DNA of 63,714 bases, filler included, from Octopus bimaculoides (Eukaryota), in assembly GCF_001194135.2 (NCBI RefSeq). It is 5 parts of 5 records of this genome, joined end to end, with 100 filler letters (N's around TTAATTAATTAA, not from the genome) between each part and the next. Parts side by side here need not be neighbours in the genome. Positions count along the whole stretch, not along the records: positions 1 to 11,574 come from NC_069001.1; positions 11,675 to 41,978 come from NC_068997.1; 3 more parts are not named here. One strand, written 5' to 3'. How positions within the stretch are numbered: position 1 is the first letter of the stretch; the number at the start of each line of letters is the position of its first letter. This document shows positions 1-12,295 of the stretch, in pieces. Under the pieces are notes generated by a model. It was not told the DNA's origin. It saw nothing but the letters and a program-made list of their open reading frames with translations, and made no database searches. The position numbers and the translations under genes were made by a program.

Positions 1-201
1 TATATATATGCTATGTATATATATGTACACACATATTCATACATATGCATATGTATGAGTGTGTGTGCGTGTGTGTATACATATATTTTAACGTACCGTA
101 TACATATTCGTATATATATGCACACATACATACATACACGTTCACGCGAACACACACACACACACACGTCTTCGTCTTTTGTTTTTTTTGTGAATTCTCC
201 C

Positions 202-256
<55 letters not shown>

Positions 257-267
257 GNNNNNNNNNN

Positions 268-304
<37 letters not shown>

Positions 305-539
305 TATATATATCGTAACCGACTGTACTCATAACTCACGAGTTACGAATATTGCCTTGTGCTTCCAGTAGAAAGGAATTTTTATCTATCTTTCTACTAT
401 CCTAAATTTTATTTCTTGCAAATTATCGCTCATTTTCTTTTAGTTTCTTTTTTTTTTAATTTAAAAAAACAGGCATCCTTACGGTATTTGATGTAGAATA
501 CTCCAAGGAGAGTATTATAACACCTTTAACGAATATGTA

Positions 540-860
540 ATACTTGACTACAATCGTAAACAAATGCTTTGAGAAGTCAATGAATGAGCTTCTTTAATAT
601 GAATGGTGTAAATCTTTACGCTGTTTATGATAGGAAACCCTAGAAACACCACTTCAGGTAGTACATGGCCTTAACTGGCGGCTAAATCGACAGGAAAAAA
701 CAGAACCCTTTGATTGTAAAGTAAACAGTGGGTTCCAATGAAAGGGGTAATGGTTTTCTGTATCGGCAATTATAGAGAATATAGAATTAGAAAGTGTATT
801 AAACTGGTTCACTGTCAGAAAAGCAAGGTCTAAATTTAGCTGTACACTTCTTCGTTTTGT
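540..860 (+). mobile_element. Degenerate R4/Dong-type non-LTR RT fragment
   Basis: With one frameshift it reads LL(Y)MNGVNLYA, resembling LLYMDDLKLYA. It shares ctagaaacaccact(t/g)cag(g/a)tagtacatgg with the copy at about 1640-1720. Confidence 0.45.
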
Positions 861-1589
861 TCTCCATATACCAAGATATTGTGGGACAGCCAATGTAAAA
901 GATATTTTTAATCACAATATCCTAGTTTTGATATCTTGTGCAAAACACCAATTTCGATGTTTTTATTTTGTTTTTTTTTTTGTTCAAATTTGCTCAAGTT
1001 TGTATGTTTTGAATAAAGTGGGTGTGGCAGGTTGAGATGTTCATACTTCTCTCGATACATTTATTATCTTTAAAGGTAATTAACCTTTAAAGGTAATTAA
1101 CAGCATTAGACATTGGGATAATTCACGTTGATATCGCTTCTCATTCTCTCTTTAAAAGAGTCCTTATAACTTGTTTGACAGCTTATGCTGTCAAATAGTC
1201 AATACAAGTTTCATTTTAAGGAGAATTCAGTACAGATAGCAGAAAGACAGGAAGAAATATAGGAAGTGATGTACTCCTTCATCTCCTAAAGGCATGAGTA
1301 GAAACTTACAATTTTCCCAAAAGCAAAACCTAGGAAAGGTTTTTTATCTCTAGGACCTGCTAAAAGTTCTATATAATGACGAGAACTGATGTGAGAATAT
1401 GTGGTATTCATGCCTTTGCCGTAGACGTTCTTGGGATAAATCTTTTCCCTCCTGCACCACCAGGCCACGACCGACCTCTGGTGACTTTCTTGACAAGCGC
1501 TGTGTAGTTATGTGGTTCCGCGTAATGTATTTCTTCTTTTTTAACGAGACACCATCTTGTCGATTAGATGCAGACGAGTCCATTAAAAC

Positions 1590-1740
1590 TTTTAATTACC
1601 CTAGACTAGGTAATTTTCAGAGGAAAATAAAATAGCTTTGAATGTGGACGATGTCAAATTGTATACTGCAAAGGAAGAAACGATTCTAGAAACACCACTG
1701 CAGATAGTACATGGATTTAGGCACGAAATCTATCGACTGG
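1590..1740 (+). mobile_element. Degenerate R4/Dong-type RT fragment (YxDD region)
   Basis: Translates NYPRLGNFQRKIK*L*NVDDVKLYTAKEETILETPLQIVHGF, approximating the RT motif (Y)xDDxKLY...LxxLLxxVxxFS. Confidence 0.55.
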
Positions 1741-2181
1741 AAAAATAAGATAACTTTCTGAGTACTGAAGATGTAAAAGAGACGTAACTAATACCTAAGG
1801 CATTTAGTCCAACATTAATAATTCTGTTAATATAACACTTTGGAGTAATACTAAACTTATCGACTCTTGAAAGGATTTGGACTCAGAACACAAAGAGCCG
1901 GGACAAATAACACGATGCATTTTGTCTGATGCTCTAATGATTATGTCAATCCAGCTACAGTAAATGAACGTTTGAAGTGGAGTTTATTACAAAAGTTAAT
2001 TAACTGAGAGTAACACTAACATAGTTTTGATCTCACATGTATTTGATTACAAGCCATGAATATACGACAGGAGTTACATAATAATACAACATGATGAAAA
2101 AGAAGAGGAAGAGAACGACGACGACGACGATGATGTCAACAACTACGATGACCATGGCGACGATAATACTGTTATTATTGT

Positions 2182-2215
<34 letters not shown>

Positions 2216-2705
2216 GGCGTCGGCGGCGGCGGTGGTGGTGATGATGATGATGGCGATGATGATACTGACAATCGTGATAATGATGATGAGGGTGTTGTGC
2301 ATGATGGTGGCGATGATGATGATNNNNNNNNNNNNNNNNNNNNNNNNNNNNNNNNNNNNNNNNNNNNNNNNNNNNNNNNNNNNNNNNNNNNNNNNNNNNN
2401 NNNNNNNNNNNNNNNNNNNNNNNNNNNNNNNNNNNNNNNNNNNNNNNNNNNNNNNNNNNNNNNNNNNNNNNNNNNNNNNNNNNNNNNNNNNNNNNNNNNN
2501 NNNNNNNNNNNNNNNNNNNNNNNNNNNNNNNNNNNNNNNNNNNNNNNNNNNNNNNNNNNNNNNNNNNNNNNNNNNNNNNNNNNNNNNNNNNNNNNNNNNN
2601 NNNNNNNNNNNNNNNNNNNNNNNNNNNNNNNNNNNNNNNNNNNNNNNNNNNNNNNNNNNNNNNNNNNNNNNNNNNNNNNNNNNNNNNNNNNNNNNNNNNN
2701 NNNNN

Positions 2706-2793
<88 letters not shown>

Positions 2794-2825
2794 ATCATTA
2801 TTATTATTACTGTTGTCATCATCAG

Positions 2826-2861
<36 letters not shown>

Positions 2862-3920
2862 TATTTATTCGTATTCTGCTTGTTCTCTTTAATTTCAGAA
2901 TCAGAACATCAGAATGAGATCAGATAGTTGTTAGTGAGAGGATGTTAGTTTTTTTTGCAATTTTTGCTTATTTGCTTTTGGGTTTTCTTTTTTTTTTCCT
3001 TTCTGTTTGTATAATGTTCTTTTACGTGGTTTGTGCCGTTGTTTTTTCGTTTTGGCTTTTTGCTCGGTTCAGTCCTGCTCGCTGCTCTTCTTGTCATTGT
3101 GTCTGTCAGCTGTATTCATCCCTGGTTTCGTTTATATCATTTGTCTTCTGCCTTAAGCCATTCAATACACAAAAATAGTATACATACATGCATATACACT
3201 TGTCTATAGGTGTGTATACATGCACATAGATATGGCTACATACGAATGTATATATACTGGCATATTTTATACACTTACATGTATATATCTTATATGTGTG
3301 TGTATAGAATATATATAGAGAGAGAGAAAGAAAGAGAGAGAGAGAGAGAAAGAAAGAGAGAGAGAGAGAGAAAGAAAGAGAGAGAGAGAGAGAAAGAAAG
3401 AGAGAGAGAGAGAGAGAAAGTAATATGCACATTTATATATGCTTGCATATATGTAAACATATATAGACATATACACACAGAGACTTATATATTCACATGC
3501 ATGTATGTGCGTCTGCGTGAATATAGATACATACATACATACATGCATACATACATACATACATACATACATACATACATACATGCATACATACATACAT
3601 ACATACATACATACATACATAGATGCTTGTTCGCGTGTGTAAAGAAGTTACCTTGACCTGAAATTGTGTAGAATGAGAGAGAGGGGAGGGAGGGAGGAAG
3701 GAAGGAAGGAAGGAAGGAAGGAAGGAAGGAAGGAAGGAAGGAAGGAAGGAAGGTGGGAGTGGTGTGGCTCATTATGCTACAATACCCTTCCACAAGAAGG
3801 TTGGTTTTCTACCCAAATGCGATATTTACACGAAAAGCCGTGTATGACCCCTCCCCAAAACAATCAATTCATTGTATACAAGGCCAGAAATTTTGTCCCC
3901 AATTGGAACAAGTATTTGGT

Positions 3921-4090
3921 TACCTTGGTCAAATGGGTCGCCACTTGGCTGACCGATTTGCGGAGCACCTCCGAGACATCAGACTCGGCATTGACACCCC
4001 AGTATCGCGCCATTTCCGCTCTATCTGTCTTTCGCTACCCCTCCTGTCTGTGTTCGGATTCTCTTTGCACAGGGGCCATCCAAACTCGAT
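3921..4090 (+). mobile_element. Penelope-like element GIY-YIG endonuclease fragment
   Basis: YLGQMGRHLADRFAEHLRDIRLGIDTPVSRHF matches the YIGxTxRxLxxRxxEH...PVxxHF half of the PLE GIY-YIG domain. Confidence 0.8.
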
Positions 4091-4177
4091 AAAATAAGTA
4101 CCATTTGAGCACTAGGATCGATGTAATTGACTTACACACTCCTCGAAATTGCTGGCATTGTGCCAAAATTTGAAACT
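4091..4177 (+). mobile_element. SINE 3' fragment
   Basis: aaaataagtacc...gatcgatgtaattgactt...cttgtgccaaaatttgaaac is shared with the SINE copies at 28985-29192, 47169-47388 and 59903-60122. Confidence 0.7.
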
Positions 4178-5295
4178 AAATTAAAATACATATAGAAGCA
4201 TAGCAAATCGAAAACAACTTACTCAATAGTTCTCAGTAATAATTGAAAAGTATTATTTATTTGTACATCTGTCTTCGTTTATTATCATATCCATATTTTA
4301 GGGCATTTGCTTGTGTAAAAATTTATATTTTTTTCAATAGATATTTAAGTTTAATGAATTAACTGTTTCATATTAATGTAAACATTTTGTATTTTAAACG
4401 TTTCTTCGTTGAACAAATTTTCTGGAGCGTGACACAGAAGGTAGATAAAAAGGGCGATACTGTTTTATTAACACGAGGGTTATACCAAAAGCATTATGAA
4501 AGTGAGTACAACATTTCTTTTTAATTGACGCAGGTCGTTCAAGCTGCCTATGTTGGTAGAATAACTCATCTTCTGTAGAAACTCTTCTTCTTCTTCTTCT
4601 TCTTCTTCTTCTTCTTCTTCTTCTTCTTCTTCTTCTTCTTCTTCTTCTTCTTCTTCTTCTTCTTCTTCTTCTTCTTCTTCTTCTTCTTCTNNNNNNNNNN
4701 NNNNNNNNNNNNNNNNNNNNNNNNNNNNNNNNNNNNNNNNNNNNNNNNNNNNNNNNNNNNNNNNNNNNNNNNNNNNNNNNNNNNNNNNNNNNNNNNNNNN
4801 NNNNNNNNNNNNNNNNNNNNNNNNNNNNNNNNNNNNNNNNNNNNNNNNNNNNNNNNNNNNNNNNNNNNNNNNNNNNNNNNNNNNNNNNNNNNNNNNNNNN
4901 NNNNNNNNNNNNNNNNNNNNNNNNNNNNNNNNNNNNNNNNNNNNNNNNNNNNNNNNNNNNNNNNNNNNNNNNNNNNNNNNNNNNNNNNNNNNNNNNNNNN
5001 NNNNNNNNNNNNNNNNNNNNNNNNNNNNNNNNNNNNNNNNNNNNNNNNNNNNNNNNNNNNNNNNNNNNNNNNNNNNNNNNNNNNNNNNNNNNNNNNNNNN
5101 NNNNNNNNNNNNNNNNNNNNNNNNNNNNNNNNNNNNNNNNNNNNNNNNNNNNNNNNNNNNNNNNNNNNNNNNNNNNNNNNNNNNNNNNNNNNNNNNNNNN
5201 NNNNNNNNNNNNNNNNNNNNNNNNNNNNNNNNNNNNNNNNNNNNNNNNNNNNNNNNNNNNNNNNNNNNNNNNNNNNNNNNNNNNNNNNNNNNNNN

Positions 5296-5605
5296 GTGCA
5301 AGTGGCTGAGCACTCCACAGACACATGTACCCTTAACGTAGTTCTCGGGGATATTCAGCGTGACACAGTGTGACAAGGCTGACCCTTTGAATTACAGGCA
5401 CAACAGAAACAGGAAGAAAGAGTGAGAGAAAGTTGTGGTGGAAGAGTACAGCAGGGTTCGCCACCATCCCCTGCCGGACCCTTGTGGAGCTTTTTTTTTA
5501 GGTGTTTTCGCTCAATAAACACTCACAACGCCCGGTCTGGGAATCGAAACCGCGATCCTATGACCGTGAGTCCGCTGCCCTAACCACTCGGCCATTGCGC
5601 CTCCA
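5296..5605 (-). mobile_element. tRNA-derived SINE (minus strand)
   Basis: The reverse complement starts TGGAGGCGCAATGGCCGAGTGGTTAGGGCAGCGGACTC...GGTTTCGATTCCCAGACC (Pol III A/B boxes). The head is nearly identical to 10137-10330. Confidence 0.88.
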
Positions 5606-5880
5606 CGTAGTCTTTAAGCACATAGGTTATAATGCTTCAACATAGGTTATTCAGTTAATGTATTTTATGACCCAGAAATCCGACGCTAACTTTTGTTCTT
5701 GTTCATCACTAACTCAAGATTTGACGTGCCGCTGATACTGTTATCCATCCGGTACAATGAATGCCTTCAACATTCAAGATGTCAGATACCTAGATTTGGT
5801 CTTTACGTGACTCGGACCTATCAAAGAAACGACAACTTCCATTTCTATAGTGTCCGACACCATTACTGTGACGTCATGTA

Positions 5881-6081
5881 GACTGGCTCTCCGTCGGTTA
5901 CGACGACGAGGGTTCCAGTTGATCCTATCAATGGAACAAATTGCTCGCAAAATTAACATGCAAGTGGCTGAGCATTCCACAGACACGCGTACCTTAACGT
6001 AGTTCTTAGGGAAATTCAGCCTGACATAGAATGTGACAAACCTGACCCTTTGAAACATAAGTACAACTCATTTTTGCCAGC
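5881..6081 (-). mobile_element. SINE body fragment flanked by a TGACGTCAT direct repeat (putative TSD)
   Basis: Shares caagtggctgagca.tccacagacac...cttaacgtagttct with 5296-5400. Flanks are TGACGTCAT at 5869-5877 and 6082-6090. Confidence 0.7.
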
Positions 6082-6905
6082 TGACGTCATCTACGCATAC
6101 CAACATGGCCTTCCTATATTCGAGTTTGAGAGGTTTACACCTCAACGCATCTACCGTTTGTAGCAGTATCTCATGAACAAACACGCACAAGAACCAAGAG
6201 AAAGGACATTCTTGAGGACCAAAAGGTTCCGATATGGAACAATTTTCGGCATTTAGTCTAATTACGTAGCAAATTCCATTTTACTTTGGAACAATTCATT
6301 CTCTGAAAACAGGATCGGGACTCATTGAAGAAAGCTGACTTTCGACTTTCTCGGAAGTCTTGGATATATCCCTGTGGATCAGAGCTGCACGAGTTATCAA
6401 ACGGGGTCGAAATTGACATCTATAATTCTAAATCTGCCAAAAATCTCTCAGACCTACCTTCCCGATCCTAGTAAAGGCGACAAGTGCAAATCTCTTTGCG
6501 AATACCGTGGCCAAAACATGAAGCTGCACTCAATGAAGTTCTGGGCTGGAAACTGTTGAGGATAACACCACCCCATCGCCATATTTGCATTCCACAGCAG
6601 TGCAACAATTCGTCGGTTAATACATTTGGGAGACTATCTAACCTGTTGCTAGTTGTGATAGATATGTCTGCCAAGAGAAAGACGATCATGTCTGGCATGT
6701 ATCCATACGGTTCGTAGTGTCGACCATCAAAAGGGAACATTTCATTGCACCTACGTAAATGTGTGTTTAGTTAGGTCCCCTTACATTCTGGGTTCAAATA
6801 CCTGAAACCAGGTTCGGTGACCATCTCAAATCCTCATCATCATCATCATCATCATCATCCTTATCATCATCCTTATCATCATTATTGAATGATAATGAAT
6901 AATGT

Positions 6906-6941
<36 letters not shown>

Positions 6942-7110
6942 GAAACGAAAGAAAGAGAAACGAAAGAAAAAACAAGTGATGGAAAATAAATTAGGGAAAG
7001 AAATTCCAAGATGAAAAGATGGATTGGTGGAAAAAAGATAGAAAGAAGAAGAAAAAGAAACAAACAAAAACAGAGAAGGAACTGAAAAAAAGGACGAAAA
7101 GATGGATGAC

Positions 7111-7153
<43 letters not shown>

Positions 7154-7858
7154 GACGGAGCGAAAACAAAAGAAATCTAATACGCCGTCATTTTGAGTAA
7201 AGAATCTAAAGCAAGTTGTAATAGCAGCCCTTTAAGTAAAACAGCTTTAAACGAAGACCATTCTTTTGATGAAGATCTGCTTCTTACTTCCCCATGAAGA
7301 AAAAAAGGCCAATAATAANNNNNNNNNNNNNNNNNNNNNNNNNNNNNNNNNNNNNNNNNNNNNNNNNNNNNNNNNNNNNNNNNNNNNNNNNNNNNNNNNN
7401 NNNNNNNNNNNNNNNNNNNNNNNNNNNNNNNNNNNNNNNNNNNNNNNNNNNNNNNNNNNNNNNNNNNNNNNNNNNNNNNNNNNNNNNNNNNNNNNNNNNN
7501 NNNNNNNNNNNNNNNNNNNNNNNNNNNNNNNNNNNNNNNNNNNNNNNNNNNNNNNNNNNNNNNNNNNNNNNNNNNNNNNNNNNNNNNNNNNNNNNNNNNN
7601 NNNNNNNNNNNNNNNNNNNNNNNNNNNNNNNNNNNNNNNNNNNNNNNNNNNNNNNNNNNNNNNNNNNNNNNNNNNNNNNNNNNNNNNNNNNNNNNNNNNN
7701 NNNNNNNNNNNNNNNNNNNNNNNNNNNNNNNNNNNNNNNNNNNNNNNNNNNNNNNNNNNNNNNNNNNNNNNNNNNNNNNNNNNNNNNNNNNNNNNNNNNN
7801 NNNNNNNNNNNNNNNNNNNNNNNNNNNNNNNNNNNNNNNNNNNNNNNNNNNNNNATAT

Positions 7859-7889
<31 letters not shown>

Positions 7890-8785
7890 TACATAAGATA
7901 CATATATATGTGTGTGTGTGTGTGCGTGTGTGTGTGTGTATGTATGCGTGCATAAACATATATGCATGTACATTTGCATAGATACATACGGATGGATATA
8001 CGTGTGTGAATTGTGTGAATATCTATATATATGTGTGTGTGTGCGTTTATGTGTATGTATATATATATATTTATCCATATCTATGTATATGTATATATAT
8101 ACGTGTGTTTGTGTGCGTATGTGTGTGAATGTGTGCGTATGTGTGTGTGTATGTGCGTGTGTGTGTGAACATTCTCCATGTTTCTCTATTTCTCTCTACA
8201 TTTTCTGCCAAGACATTATTTTTTCTTTTTTCTTTCTTTCTCTCCAAAAAATCTAATGCACTGAGCAAACTGGGGGTTAAACCGACATCGTTGCGGTTCG
8301 TTGGCCGACAGATGGCTCTTCTCAACTCGATTGCTGATTCGCTATAGTAATGATAGCTTAATCTCTCGGCTTGAGTCGATGTCGGTTTGTTAGAAGCATC
8401 GTGTACTCAGCATATGCTCATAAGGATGCGTTCTGTGCTGGAGTTCTGTACCTTCATTGGAGGTATGCTGGCACCTAGGTGGTGTTAGTTTCTAACTCAC
8501 ACCACGCCATGCTGGTTTCTACACCAGGTTTACGTTTTCTTCTTTTTTCTTCCTTAATTTATGGCATTTTTCTCTTTTTTCTGTTTTTTTTATTTGTTTG
8601 CGTGCCATGTTTTTTTTAATTTTATTATTCTTTTTTGTTTTTTTGCTCTCGTTAATTTTATTTTGTTGTATTTCACCATTATGTTTTTTTGCTGTTTATA
8701 TTTTTGCGATTTTTAAACATTATTTGTTTGTGCGTTTATGTATTTTGCTGTGGAGAAGGCAGCAGAAGATAAACAACGGTGTTAG

Positions 8786-8822
<37 letters not shown>

Positions 8823-8873
8823 NNNNNNNNNNNNNNNNNNNNNNNNNNNNNNNNNNNNNNNNNNNNNNNNNNN

Positions 8874-8907
<34 letters not shown>

Positions 8908-10136
8908 AGGGAGAGGGAGAGAGAGAGTGAGTGAGAGAGAGAGAGAGAGGGAGAGTGGGCAGAGACAGACAGACAGAGATAGAGAGAATGAGAGAGGGAG
9001 AGAAAGAGTTATAAGACAAACGGAATTACCCGAGCTTTGTCGAAAGAGAAAAATAAAACATACATACATACATATATATGTATATATATACACTCATACA
9101 TATACATAGATAGATACATACATATATTTATATAAAAGAAAAAAATCAACGTAGAAACTCGGGAGCTGTCAAGCTGACAGACAATGTTTGATGTAGACTG
9201 ACAGAGAGTGAGCGGCGCAGACTTAACAGATTGACAGGCAGTCAGTCGAAGAGAGACAACAGGCAGACATGGTGGCGGACGAAGATAGGAACAGACAGAC
9301 AGACAGGTACTGAGACAGACAGCAGATACTCAGACAGTCAGGCACACAGAGAGATAATCTGACGGACTGAAGTCGAAAAATCAAGAGAGACTCAAAAAGC
9401 TGCGGGACAAGAAGCGAAACGGTGATAGGCTGACAGGGGCAACAGGCTGATGGCCACAGAGGCCAGCTGAGAGAGAGAGAGAGAGAGAGAATCGGACAGG
9501 CAGACATGGATCAGTTACATTCTAGAGTCCACAGGAAACGGTTTCCTGTCAGAGTTGGATAACACTTGATAACAAGAATTTTCTTCGTTTTGGGTTTTTT
9601 TTTTGTCGTTGGACAGTAAGTGCTATTTCCAATTTGCTTCCAATTTGCGTCTATCTAGAAATCAAAGGAAATGACTATCATTCCCTTCAAAATGTGCATA
9701 CTTAAGCAGGACATCAAAGTTTTGAAACTGACCTATTTTCCATTACATTTCAGACAGATTCAGAGCTGAGTTACTGAAGCAGAAATATCGTTACGTTATG
9801 ACAAATATTCTGCTCAACACCACAGATTTGCTTGTCAGTTGCTTGACCTTAACCACCTGAGCATGTCCCTTGGTAACTGATGATATGTGCATCACTAACA
9901 TGAGCAACAGTAATGGGGCGGGGGAATAATAGCCATGTGTTGGGAGGGATACTTTGGGGTTTCAATAAATGTAAGAAATCAAAGTTTGAAGGAAAGAGCC
10001 ATTTTTCATACTTCCTAGGGGTTAGCAAATAGGAAATAAACAGTTGCAAAAATCGTGTAACGCAGTGAAATGGGACAGTTGATTATTTATGCTACTGGGA
10101 AGAGAGAAATGAATTACCTTTAGTAGATAGTTCTGG

Positions 10137-10450
10137 TGGAGGCGCAATGGCCCAGTGGTTAGGGCAGTGGACTCGCGGTCGAAGGATCGTGGTTTCGATT
10201 CCCAGACCGGGCGTTTTGTGTGTTTATTGACCGAAAACACCTAAAGCTCCACGAGGCTCCGGCAGAGGGTGGTGGCGACCCCTGTTGTACTCTTTCGCCT
10301 CAACTTTCTCTCACTCTTTCTTCCTGTTTCTTGAGTTACGCTGCGATGGACTGGTGTCCCGTCCAGCTGGGGGGAACACATACGCCATAGAAACCGGGAA
10401 ACCGGGCCCATGAGCCTGGCTAGGCTTTAAAAGGGCGACGAAATTACGGA
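10137..10450 (+). mobile_element. Full-length tRNA-derived SINE with 12-bp TSD
   Basis: A box TGGCCCAGTGG and B box GTTTCGATTCC. TSD AGATAGTTCTGG at 10125-10136 and 10451-10462. Confidence 0.9.
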
Positions 10451-10874
10451 AGATAGTTCTGGCACTCATCAAAAACATAAATTTGGTAGTCATTGCTGAC
10501 GAGTCTATGACTAATAGACTTCATACGGGTTTAGGAGTTTTAGCTCTTATTCCTTGCAATATACGTGCTTCAACATCCTCAGTCACGATTAGTGACGATA
10601 AAACCTTTCCTTCGTATAGATGTATATTCATTTATATACATATGCATATGAATGTGTGTGTATACATACATATATACAGATATATGTATATATCTATACA
10701 TAGATATCTTTATTCATATGTATATATAAATATGCGTGTGTATATATATCTATATACCCACCTACATTTGCATACGCCTGCATAAATATGTGTATATATA
10801 TACATGTATATATATATATATATATATAGAAGCCCGTCGTATATATATATATGTATATATATGTGTGTGTGCGT

Positions 10875-10915
<41 letters not shown>

Positions 10916-11034
10916 TCACCCCAACATCGCTTTACNNNNNNNNNNGATTGAAACAAGTAAAAGAGTAAAAGAGTATATGCATATATATATTTATATATAC
11001 ATACACACACACACATACATACACACATAAACAG

Positions 11035-11065
<31 letters not shown>

Positions 11066-11139
11066 CACACAGGGATCGAGAGCACTAGCTATTTCTGCCA
11101 TTTAACTTGGTTTCATTCATTTCCTTCACTCTAACATTC

Positions 11140-11574
11140 AGACCACTGTGCAGAGATGCAGAGACACATTGCATCTCATATGGGGTCCGACACGTTACGC
11201 ATGCTCTGTTTTAATTAAACTGTCTGATTCTCTCCGATCTGTAATTATGCTTGATTCGACAGTTCGCCGGCGGCCCGAACACTTGTGGCGTTCCCTAATT
11301 CGGCGGCAACCCCGATAAAACGCAGCTACCGACCAACACACGAGCGGGCTCGAAGCTGTGTTGCTCCACAGTGACCCGAATGTGGAGCCGCTTTGCTCGC
11401 GCCCACTACAGTGGGAGCGTCAGGAAGCTGCATGCCGCCGACGACGGCATGCTAAGTTGCAGTCGCCGACGTAGACGAAAGCCTGCACGTTGGTCCACCA
11501 CCACCGCCGCCGCCGCCGCCGCCGCCGTCACCGCATTTCTATACTGCCAAGAATGTGTCGAAATTATTCTATTC
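11140..11574. promoter_or_regulatory. GC/CpG-rich unique island, candidate Hox1 promoter/5' UTR or intronic enhancer
   Basis: Sharp rise in GC and CpG in an AT-microsatellite background, a (CCG)n tract, several TAAT motifs and four ~8-bp hairpins. No recognisable coding frame. It ends at an unsized gap. Confidence 0.45.
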
Positions 11575-11674
11575 NNNNNNNNNNNNNNNNNNNNNNNNNN
11601 NNNNNNNNNNNNNNNNNNTTAATTAATTAANNNNNNNNNNNNNNNNNNNNNNNNNNNNNNNNNNNNNNNNNNNN
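11575..11674. other. Assembly spacer of unknown true size (44 N + TTAATTAATTAA + 44 N)
   Basis: The identical 100-bp construct occurs at 41979-42078, 44074-44173 and 62360-62459. The 12-mer places stops in all six frames. Confidence 0.93.
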
Positions 11675-11733
<59 letters not shown>

Positions 11734-12248
11734 ATATGTGTGTATATATATACATATATATGTATGTATTTATATATATATGTATTGATATATGTATGTG
11801 TATGTGTATGAGTGTATGCACGGTGTATATATGTGTGTGTATATATATGTGTATGTATGTGCGTGTGCATGCATGCGAGTATAGGATATCAGCATATATA
11901 ATGTATATACCCCCGTTTGTCTCATATACATACATGTGTGTGTGTGTGTGTGTGTATACATATGTAGAAATATTTCTCTTAAAAACAGGCTATTTTTCTC
12001 TACTCGTTCTTCCATTTCATTCTCTGTTAAGTTCCAACCCTTTCTCCATTTCTAATCCGCATCTACGTATGTGTAATTCTTATATTTACTCTACCAACCA
12101 CTCATTATACATAAATATATGTATGTATATGTATATACGTATATGTATACATATATTTGAATATATATGTGTATATGTATATACGTATATGTATGGATAT
12201 ATTTGAATAAATGCGTGTGCATACATACATACATGCATGCATATGTGA

Positions 12249-12295
<47 letters not shown>

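Noticed and set aside
6300-6760. Overlapping short ORFs plus an octamer ATTTGCAT (6583-90)
   Set aside because: No protein family is recognised, and a single 8-mer is expected by chance.
7017-7026. AGATGGATTG Lab/Exd-like site (also about 40317)
   Set aside because: It is embedded in purine-rich repeats and is an isolated chance-level match.
10137-10215. tRNA gene (also 5530-5605, 21703-21780, 62990-63062)
   Set aside because: A/B boxes are present but run into SINE bodies with TSDs. There is no complete cloverleaf or acceptor stem.
11260-11345. HDV-like ribozyme or hammerhead in the GC island (GGCGGCAAC segment)
   Set aside because: I could not build the P1/P2/P3 double pseudoknot or find a CUGANGA...GAAA core.
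11553-11574. ATG (MCRNYSI...) just before the gap as the Hox1 start
   Set aside because: Only 7 codons are visible, the resemblance to lophotrochozoan Hox1 N-termini is weak, and contig-edge sequence is unreliable.
11619-11630. TTAATTAATTAA as a recurring homeodomain site or repeat (also 42023, 44118, 62404)
   Set aside because: It is always centred in 44+44 Ns, so it is an artificial six-frame-stop scaffolding spacer.
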